The translations under genes and the position numbers were made by a program. A stretch of DNA of 64,000 nucleotides, from assembly GCA_034676585.1 (NCBI GenBank), contig JAUCBY010000002.1, positions 113,432 to 177,431 on the forward strand, in the 5' to 3' direction. Positions 57,304-64,000 of this stretch are shown one piece after another; position 1 is the first letter of the stretch; each line of letters starts with the position of its first letter. The notes below the pieces were generated by a model. The model saw nothing but the letters and a program-made list of their open reading frames with translations, was not told the origin of the DNA and did no database searches. Origin of the DNA: Xanthobacter sp. (GTDB lineage: Bacteria > Pseudomonadota > Alphaproteobacteria > Rhizobiales > Xanthobacteraceae).

Positions 57304-58149
57304 ATGACCGATGCGCTTTCAAGCGAAAATGCAAGCCGGGCAGAACGCCTGCCAACCCTGTTCATCCCCCATGGTGGTGGGCCATGGCCCTTCCTGAAGC
57401 CACCTGCGGGACAGGCTGACCCTTGGGCACCGCTCGCCGCGCATCTGCGCGGACTTGATGCCAGTATTGGCCGTCGCCCGCGAGCCGTGCTGGTCATCTC
57501 CGGCCATTGGGAAGAAGCCAAACCCACGGTGATGACCCATCCTCACCCCGGCCTGTTATATGATTATTACGGATTTCCGCCCCACACCTATCAGCTCAGC
57601 TACCCGGCTCCCGGCTCCCCCGACCTTGGAGCGCGCACGCGCGACCTGCTGAAAGCCGCCGGAATCGACAGTGCCGAAGACGCCGAACGCGGGTTCGATC
57701 ATGGCACATTCATCCCCTTCATGCTGGTTTACCCGGATGCGGATGTACCGCTGGTTCAGCTCTCGCTAAAAGCCGGGCTGGACCCGAAGACTCATCTGGA
57801 GATTGGACGGGCGCTCGCGCCGCTGCGGGATGAGGATGTGCTGATAGTCGGCAGCGGCCTCAGCTTCCATAATCTGCGCTATTTCTGGTCTGGCGATGAG
57901 CGCATTACCCAGGGTGCGCAGGCTTTCGATGAATGGCTAGTCGCGGCGATCGAGGAGCCGGATGTAAACAGGCGGGCAGAACGCCTCACGGCATGGGCGC
58001 AAGCTCCCGGTGCGCAATTGTGCCATCCCACCAGCGAGCATCTGGCTCCGCTCTTTGTTGCAGCAGGAGCAGCCGGGGACGACATCGGCCAGCGTGTCTT
58101 TGCCGACAAGACCTTTGGCAAGGCCAATTCAGGTTTCCGGTTCGGCTAA
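57304..58149 (+). CDS. ygiD: class III extradiol dioxygenase (LigB/YgiD, 4,5-DOPA dioxygenase-like)
   Basis: LFIPHGGGP, ISGHWE, YPAPGSP, GFDHGTFIP, YPDADVPLVQLS, FHNLR. Collinear with E. coli YgiD as recalled. Confidence 0.85.
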   Translation: MTDALSSENASRAERLPTLFIPHGGGPWPFLKPPAGQADPWAPLAAHLRGLDASIGRRPRAVLVISGHWEEAKPTVMTHPHPGLLYDYYGFPPHTYQLSYPAPGSPDLGARTRDLLKAAGIDSAEDAERGFDHGTFIPFMLVYPDADVPLVQLSLKAGLDPKTHLEIGRALAPLRDEDVLIVGSGLSFHNLRYFWSGDERITQGAQAFDEWLVAAIEEPDVNRRAERLTAWAQAPGAQLCHPTSEHLAPLFVAAGAAGDDIGQRVFADKTFGKANSGFRFG

Positions 58150-58161
58150 CCACACCAGAAG

Positions 58162-58193
58162 CAGATGCCCATGAGAACAGTCATGGGCATCTG
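58162..58193. other. perfect 13-bp hairpin between convergent genes (no U tract)
   Basis: CAGATGCCCATGA-GAACAG-TCATGGGCATCTG. Confidence 0.4.
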
Positions 58194-58271
58194 ACCCAAC
58201 CGGCACACGGCTTGAACGGCCCAACAGTTCCGGCCCGGAGCCGGACGGACAGGACAGAAGCGATGGCTTCT

Positions 58272-59903
58272 CTATTCAGAAGTCAGGCGCGCCTCGGCCA
58301 GATCGACCTCCGCCACCAGCTTGCGAACAACAGTATCTGACAGCCCCAGACGACGTCCGCGCCGATAGAATTCCTCCCGCTCTGCCCGAATGCCTGCCAG
58401 TCGGAGTTCGCGTTCAATACGTTCCGATGCCCGATACCGCTCTGCATCCTCGCCTGTGCTGGAACGCCCATTGATGCGCTGGCGATACAGATCCATCACC
58501 CGTGAGCCGACTTCAGCGTAAAGGTCTGCATCAGGCCGCCCCTCGCTCAACACATGCTGGGCCTGCTCAATGGCACTGATGGCCGCCTCGGCCGCAGCAA
58601 CGCGGGCATGCCCCTCTTCCTTCACACTCGTTTCCATTTGCGGCAGTTGCAGCCCCTTCAGCATGAAAGGCAGCCCCGCACTGGCCCCGAGCAAGGACAG
58701 AATGATGACCCCGGCCGCAAGGAAAATGGCCAGATCACGCACTGGAAACAGCGAGCCATCATCCATGAACAGCGGCAGAGAGAGCACGCCTGCCAAGGTT
58801 ACCGTGCCCCGCACGCCTGAAATGGAAATGACCAAAAGCAGGCGCCAGTTGGTTTTCCCCTCAAGATGCCCGGTCCCCTTCATGGTCAGGCGCATGGAAA
58901 CCCATGTCCATACCAGCCGCAACAGAATGAGCGCCAGATAGATTGCCACCACATAAATGAGCAGCCACAAGGGGTTATGCTGCCCTGCCTCTCGCAATGC
59001 AGAGGCCGCCCCTTCAACAATACGCGGGAGTTGCTCTCCCAGCAGTACGAAGATGACACCATTGGCGGCAAAGCCGACAAAATCCCACACCGTGCTGCGT
59101 CGCACCCGTGCCGTGGCGACAATATGGCCGCCCAGTTCTGCATAACTCATGCTAATGCCGGCAGCCACCGCAGCCAGAATGCCCGAGCCGCCCAGATGCT
59201 CTGCTGCCAGATAGGCTCCGAAAGGAATCAGAAGACTGATCAAAACCTCAGAACCGCTTTCAGCCCCAAAGCGACGGTTCATCCACTGCTTTACATAACT
59301 GATGGCCAAGGTGGTGGTGATGCCCACCGACACACCGCACACCACCAGCCATACAAATGTGCCGGTTGCATTCAGAAGGGAGAACCCACCCGTCAGCACA
59401 GCCGTAACCGCAAAGCTCATGCACACAAGGCCGGAAGCATCATTCAACAGGGCTTCGCCGGAGAGCACATTCATCAGCCGCCGGGGCACCGCCACACGCT
59501 CGGAAATGGCGGAAACGGCGATCGGATCGGTTGGCGAGAGAATGGCGGCCAGCGCAAAACCCACCGCCAGCGGCATGGCGGGAATCATCCAGTGCACAAA
59601 ATAGCCGACCCCCAGCACCGTGAAGATCACCAGTCCGAATGCCATGGACAGGATCATGGTCTTGTCCTTCACCAATCCCTCTTTGGGAATGTGCCAGGCA
59701 TCCAGAAACAGCAGTGGCGGCAAAAACAGCAGGAAAAAGATATCCGGTCGCAGCTCAACGGCCAGATCGGCGCTGATGGCGATGAGAGCACCGAGGGCAA
59801 TCTGCACAAGGGGGATCGGAATGCCTATCGGCAATGCACGTGTCACCCAGCCGCTGAGAACAACGGCAAGCAGAAGAACGAGGGCGGTCGTTATCGTTTC
59901 CAT
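58272..59903 (-). CDS. Na+/H+ antiporter (CPA1 family) with cytoplasmic C-terminal domain
   Basis: About 12 TM segments (LSPTDPIAV, LSGEALLNDASG). ATG 59903 (METITTALVLLLAV). Confidence 0.9.
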   Translation of the reverse strand: METITTALVLLLAVVLSGWVTRALPIGIPIPLVQIALGALIAISADLAVELRPDIFFLLFLPPLLFLDAWHIPKEGLVKDKTMILSMAFGLVIFTVLGVGYFVHWMIPAMPLAVGFALAAILSPTDPIAVSAISERVAVPRRLMNVLSGEALLNDASGLVCMSFAVTAVLTGGFSLLNATGTFVWLVVCGVSVGITTTLAISYVKQWMNRRFGAESGSEVLISLLIPFGAYLAAEHLGGSGILAAVAAGISMSYAELGGHIVATARVRRSTVWDFVGFAANGVIFVLLGEQLPRIVEGAASALREAGQHNPLWLLIYVVAIYLALILLRLVWTWVSMRLTMKGTGHLEGKTNWRLLLVISISGVRGTVTLAGVLSLPLFMDDGSLFPVRDLAIFLAAGVIILSLLGASAGLPFMLKGLQLPQMETSVKEEGHARVAAAEAAISAIEQAQHVLSEGRPDADLYAEVGSRVMDLYRQRINGRSSTGEDAERYRASERIERELRLAGIRAEREEFYRRGRRLGLSDTVVRKLVAEVDLAEARLTSE

Positions 59904-60199
59904 GACAGTACCGAATGGGGGCGCGAGCCAGGCGGGGCACGACTGAAATGACAGCAATATGTGTCAGGCCGCTGTCATGACGCGCCCATCGCAACAATAA
60001 AGATTCGAGTGATCTTACTTATATGAGATTCGTTATCACATAAGCCTGTGCGCCCATTATCGCTGGAAATATCACTTTCGGGACCACTTCAGCGGCACGG
60101 GGAAGGTACTCTGCCGATAAATGCATGTGCACAGGTGGAAGCCATGCTGATGCACTTGGCCGTTGCATCATGCCTCAGGCCCGGTTACCCCTTTTGCAC

Positions 60200-60710
60200 A
60201 TGAGCGAAACCACACTGCGCACCGCCATTTATGGTGGCTCCTTTGATCCGCCAACCAACGGGCACCTTGATGTGGTGCGCTCCGCCTGCCGTATGGCAGA
60301 CCGGCTGGTGCTCGCGGTTGGCATCCACCCCGGCAAGACCCCCGTCTTCACGGCGGATGAGCGCATGGCAATGCTGATGGATGTCTGCGGCCCCATCGCC
60401 CATGCCGAAAAAACCCGGCTTGAAGCCATCACATTCAGCGGTCTCATCATTGAGACCGCCCGCGACATCGGTGCAACGCTGTTGATCCGCGGCCTGCGTG
60501 ACGGGACAGACCTTGATTATGAGATGCAGATGGCGGGCATGAATGGTGCCATGGCTCCCGGCATCCAGACCGTTTTTTCTGCCGGCCTCTCCCATGGTGC
60601 GCCCCATCACCGCCACGCTGGTGCGGCAGATAGCAGGCATGGGTGGAGATGTTTCCACCTTTGTGCCGGCTCCCGTGCTGGCGCGGCTGACTGCGAAATT
60701 CGCGAAATAA
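60200..60710 (+). pseudogene. coaD: phosphopantetheine adenylyltransferase with an interrupted frame (one extra T in the T6 run at 60573-60578), or a sequencing error
   Basis: Frame 0 (60200-60577) encodes [16 protein letters not shown]...[28 protein letters not shown]. The +1 frame from 60579 encodes [43 protein letters not shown], with a stop at 60708-60710. The track ORF continues in frame 0 as His/Arg/Cys-rich sequence into ppiA. Confidence 0.85.
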
Positions 60711-60764
60711 AACGCGAAAGCCTGAACTTCCCAGCCCGAGACGGGCCATTGCGAGGAGACCTTC

Positions 60765-61328
60765 ATGATGCACGTACTTGGCCGCCTGTGTGCCGGCCTG
60801 CTGCTTGCCCTTGCCTTTACCCTGCCCGCAGCAGCGCAAGACAAGCCTGATCCGCAGAACACACTCTATCTGGATACGAACAAGGGTCGCGTTGTGATAG
60901 CCCTGCGCCCGGATCTCGCCCCCCAGCATGCAGAGCGCCTCAAGACGCTGGCGCGTGAAGGCTATTATGACAATGTGCCGTTCCACCGCGTGATTGACGG
61001 CTTCATGGCCCAGACGGGTGATGGACAATATGGCAATGGCACCGGCGGCTCCAAATATGCTGACCTGCCGGCAGAGTTCTCCAATGTACCGTTCAAGCGC
61101 GGCGTGGTGGGCATGGCCCGCTCCTCCTCCCCCAACAGCGCGAACTCCCAGTTCTTCATCATGCTGGATAATACCCCCAGCCTGAACGGCCAGTACACCG
61201 TGATTGGTGAAGTGGTTTCCGGCATGGAGAATGTGGACAAGATCAAGAAGGGCTCCTCCGCGCAGAATGGCTCGGTGGCAAACCCGGATCGCATCGTGAA
61301 GATGCAGGTGGCGGCAGACGCCAAGTGA
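60765..61328 (+). CDS. ppiA: cyclophilin-type peptidyl-prolyl isomerase with signal peptide (periplasmic)
   Basis: [25 protein letters not shown] leader, [32 protein letters not shown]. Confidence 0.92.
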   Translation: MMHVLGRLCAGLLLALAFTLPAAAQDKPDPQNTLYLDTNKGRVVIALRPDLAPQHAERLKTLAREGYYDNVPFHRVIDGFMAQTGDGQYGNGTGGSKYADLPAEFSNVPFKRGVVGMARSSSPNSANSQFFIMLDNTPSLNGQYTVIGEVVSGMENVDKIKKGSSAQNGSVANPDRIVKMQVAADAK

Positions 61329-61475
61329 TCCTCATTTCCGGCCTGCTCCTGCCCTTCGGGGCCGGGAAATGGGGCGGACTGTGCGTGAGTGCATCGCATT
61401 TTCAGCGCGAAAATGCGCTCACCAAAACTCCGGGAAGGCCAACCGCCTTCCCACATCACACGCAAGGATTTCGAT

Positions 61476-61931
61476 ATGAGTGAGGAAGTGCTCGTTCTGG
61501 AAACCACCAAGGGTCCAGTCACCATCGCATTCCGCCCCGATGTCGCACCCAGCCATGTCGCGCGCATCAAGGAACTGGTGGCAGATGGCTTCTATAACGG
61601 CGTGCCGTTCCATCGCGTCATCGAGGGTTTCATGGCCCAGACCGGCGACCCGACCGGCACCGGCATGGGCGGTTCTGGCAAGAAGCTGAAGGCCGAGTTC
61701 AATGCCGTTCCGCACAAGCGCGGCACGGTTTCCATGGCCCGCGCCCAGAACCCGGATTCCGGCGACAGCCAGTTCTTCATCTGCTTTGCTGATGCCCGCT
61801 TCCTGGACAACCAGTACACCGTTTGGGGCGAAGTCGTCTCCGGCATGGAGAATGTGGACCAGATCAAGCGCGGCGAGCCTGTGAAGGACCCCGACCAGAT
61901 CATCTCCGCCAAGCTCCAGCCCAAGGCCTGA
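61476..61931 (+). CDS. ppiB: cyclophilin-type peptidyl-prolyl isomerase (cytoplasmic)
   Basis: [31 protein letters not shown] 61476 is preceded by AAGGA. Confidence 0.92.
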   Translation: MSEEVLVLETTKGPVTIAFRPDVAPSHVARIKELVADGFYNGVPFHRVIEGFMAQTGDPTGTGMGGSGKKLKAEFNAVPHKRGTVSMARAQNPDSGDSQFFICFADARFLDNQYTVWGEVVSGMENVDQIKRGEPVKDPDQIISAKLQPKA

Positions 61932-61970
61932 GCGTCAACAGATCGCCCGCAGGGGCGGATGTGAAAAAGG

Positions 61971-61999
61971 AAAGGGCGCCCTCATCCGGCGCCCTTTTT
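61971..61999. terminator. bidirectional intrinsic terminator
   Basis: AAAGGGCGCC-CTCATCC-GGCGCCCTTT followed by TTG, with an A-rich 5' flank. Lies between the convergent ppiB and Anbu genes. Confidence 0.75.
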
Positions 62000-62120
62000 G
62001 ACATTCTGAGACTTTCACTCTTTTCAGGAAACGGTGAAACGCCCTGATCTCTTTGGACAGGTGCATCTCAGGGCCGCGCGCTTTTTTGCTCGATACAGCC
62101 TCCGTTTGACTCGGCAATGG

Positions 62121-62927
62121 CTACTCTGCCCCGTTTTCCTCACCCCACGATACGGAATGATCCGGGATGACGACCGGGCGAATCTGCTTGAGATAAGGCG
62201 GGCGGGGAATAGAGCTGTGCGCAGCACGCAAAGCTGCACTCCAGCGCTCTCTCAAATCGTGGAAATAGGGATCACCCGCCTCGATCCGATGGATCAGCTC
62301 CGCCTGCAACTTGTCCACATAAACCACCATCACATCCAGCGGCAGCCCCACGCCAAGATTGGATCGCATGGTGGAATCCATGGAAATGAGTGCAATCTTC
62401 AGGGCATCGGCCAGCGGCATGTCATAATGCACGGCGCGGTCCAGAATCGGCTTGCCATATTTATGCTCGCCAATCTGGAAGAAGGGCGTATCCGGCGTGC
62501 ATTCAATAAAATTGCCGGCGCTGTAAATCATGAACAGGCGCGGCGGCCCGCCAACAATCTGCCCGCCAATCAGAAATGAAACCTCGAAATTGATGCCGCC
62601 GCTTTCCTCGCGCAGCGCACCATTCACCTTGTTCACATGGCGGATAGCCTCACCCACCAGACGCGCCGCCTGGAACATGCTGTGGCAATCACGCAACTGG
62701 TGAACCTCGCCCCCCTCTTCCGTCGAGAACCCCTCGCGCAACAGGCTGATCACAGACTGGCTGACAGAGAGGTTGCCCGCCGTCGCAAGCCCGATGACAT
62801 GATGGCCCGGCTCCTCGAACACATGCAGTTTGCGGAAGGTGGAAATATTGTCGAGTCCAGCATTCGTGCGGGTATCCGCCAGAAGCACAAGCCCTTCGCG
62901 TACCAGTAATCCGCAGCAATATGTCAT
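62121..62927 (-). CDS. proteasome-type Ntn protease, Anbu-like (COG3484-type)
   Basis: Begins [34 protein letters not shown], with Thr directly after the initiator Met, as in the Anbu sequences I recall (MTYC...[16 protein letters not shown]). ATG 62927. Confidence 0.8.
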   Translation of the reverse strand: MTYCCGLLVREGLVLLADTRTNAGLDNISTFRKLHVFEEPGHHVIGLATAGNLSVSQSVISLLREGFSTEEGGEVHQLRDCHSMFQAARLVGEAIRHVNKVNGALREESGGINFEVSFLIGGQIVGGPPRLFMIYSAGNFIECTPDTPFFQIGEHKYGKPILDRAVHYDMPLADALKIALISMDSTMRSNLGVGLPLDVMVVYVDKLQAELIHRIEAGDPYFHDLRERWSAALRAAHSSIPRPPYLKQIRPVVIPDHSVSWGEENGAE

Positions 62928-63098
62928 CACACAGCCCTCATGGCGGGATGTGATTATAACGAGGACAGACTGCATCCCGCAATGCGGCATCCGCAAGCGT
63001 CCGCAGGTGCTGCAATCTTTCCTTTACACAGCGCTGGCACTACTGCCCCATATGAGAGGAATGGCCCATGCTCCATTCCAGCATCCAGAGGAAGCCCC

Positions 63099-63899
63099 AT
63101 GTCGAGCGCATCCGAAACGCAGGTCCCGAGCGAAGACGTCATCATTGTGGAGCGGGAGGGCCGCGTTGCCATTGTCCGTCTCAATCGCCCCAAGGCGCTG
63201 AATGCCCTGAATTTTGAGGTGATGACGGCGATGGGCAAGGCCATCACCGCACTTGACCGTGATGTTGAAGTGGGTGCGATTGTCATCACCGGGTCAGAGA
63301 AAGCCTTTGCGGCCGGAGCCGACATCAAGGAAATGGCCGAGCGCACCGGCGTGGAAATGCTGCTGGGCGACTGGTTCGCCGGCTGGGATGCAGTGGCCCA
63401 CTGCCGCACCCCGATGATTGCCGCTGTTTCCGGTTTCGCCCTTGGTGGCGGCTGCGAACTGGCCATGATGTGCGACATCATCATTGCATCTGATACAGCC
63501 CGTTTTGGCCAGCCGGAAATCAAGCTGGGCATCATGCCCGGCATGGGCGGCTCACAGCGCCTCACCAAGGCTGTTGGCAAGTATAAAGCCATGGACCTTG
63601 TGCTGACCGGGCGCATGATTGATGCGCAGGAGGCCGAGCGTGCAGGTCTGGTTTCCCGCGTTGTACCGGCAGACAAGCATATGGAAGAGGTGCTGGAGAC
63701 CGCACGCACCATTGCCAATTATGGCAAACCCTCGCTCATTGCCGCGAAGGAAGCTGTGAACCGCGCGCTGGAGCTGGGCCTGAATGAAGGAGTGCTGTTT
63801 GAACGGCGCACCTTCCATGCCCTGTTCTCCACCGAGGACCAGAAGGAAGGCATGCGCGCCTTCACTGAAAAGCGTCCGGCCACCTTCCGCCATCGGTGA
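63099..63899 (+). CDS. short-chain enoyl-CoA hydratase (crotonase)
   Basis: [54 protein letters not shown] 63099 is preceded by GAGGAAG. Confidence 0.92.
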   Translation: MSSASETQVPSEDVIIVEREGRVAIVRLNRPKALNALNFEVMTAMGKAITALDRDVEVGAIVITGSEKAFAAGADIKEMAERTGVEMLLGDWFAGWDAVAHCRTPMIAAVSGFALGGGCELAMMCDIIIASDTARFGQPEIKLGIMPGMGGSQRLTKAVGKYKAMDLVLTGRMIDAQEAERAGLVSRVVPADKHMEEVLETARTIANYGKPSLIAAKEAVNRALELGLNEGVLFERRTFHALFSTEDQKEGMRAFTEKRPATFRHR

Positions 63900-64000
63900 A
63901 AGACGCACGCCAGAACAGGCAAGTCTGGCAAGAAACAGATGTGGCCGGGTTGTCCGAATGTGACAATCCGGCAACGGTTGTTGCACATGAACCATAGGTG

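Noticed and set aside
58866-59951. 361-aa ORF on the plus strand
   Set aside because: It is antisense to the Na+/H+ antiporter gene. The translation is hydrophilic and His/Gln/Arg-rich, whereas the opposite strand gives a coherent 12-TM protein.
60711-60850. C-terminal part of track ORF 60125-60850, overlapping the ppiA start
   Set aside because: This is an artefact of the frameshift in coaD. The frame-0 continuation is His/Arg/Cys-rich nonsense, and the +1 frame ends properly at 60710.
1-64000. Search for CRISPR arrays, IS elements or transposases, integrases, prophage genes, tandem repeats and rRNA
   Set aside because: None seen. There are no regularly spaced direct repeats, no DDE or tyrosine-recombinase-like ORFs, no terminal inverted repeats and no rRNA-like conserved stretches. 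Apart from terminator-type hairpins, no sequence element was found repeated within the window by eye.

Overview
This is a visibly GC-rich, densely coding stretch of bacterial chromosome. The gene content and order suggest an alphaproteobacterium, possibly Rhodospirillales or Acetobacteraceae-like. That placement is inference only. It rests on a cycHJKL-type ccmI-ccmE-ccmF-ccmH block followed by degP, a TauE plus TIGR02186/Alph_Pro_TM pair, coaD followed by two cyclophilins, a PleC-like kinase and an AapJ-type binding protein. I call 58 protein-coding genes (one with a broken frame), one tRNA-Gln(UUG), about a dozen terminator-like hairpins and two candidate regulatory sites. The content is overwhelmingly housekeeping. 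It covers pepN, glnE, cytochrome c maturation, infA, rhlE, modABC, nadK, thrS, folP-folK, meaB, pdxH, tsaC/sua5 and coaD. It also includes scattered acyl-CoA metabolism genes (two crotonases, a MaoC dehydratase, a large acyl-CoA dehydrogenase) and a two-domain PPK2. I found no transposase, integrase, phage gene, CRISPR array, toxin-antitoxin pair or recognisable defence gene. I also found no multi-gene cluster of unknowns, so I cannot honestly name a clear novel system in this window. The best leads are: (1) coaD is interrupted by one extra T in a T6 run, and a clean PPAT C-terminus continues in the +1 frame. (2) A 441-bp intergenic region ends in a double hairpin and terminator with no ORF, which makes it an sRNA candidate. 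(3) An untracked 53-codon two-TM ORF with its own RBS and terminator lies next to tRNA-Gln. (4) There is a translationally coupled TauE plus TIGR02186 pair of unknown function. (5) A stand-alone Anbu proteasome-like protease lacks its usual operon partners. (6) An MBOAT plus AlgJ/AlgX-like O-acetylation pair has no polysaccharide synthase nearby. (7) Three secreted proteins have no recognisable domains. Many long ORFs in the track are antisense shadows of real genes and were rejected. All coordinates and motifs were read by eye. No database search or folding was run.
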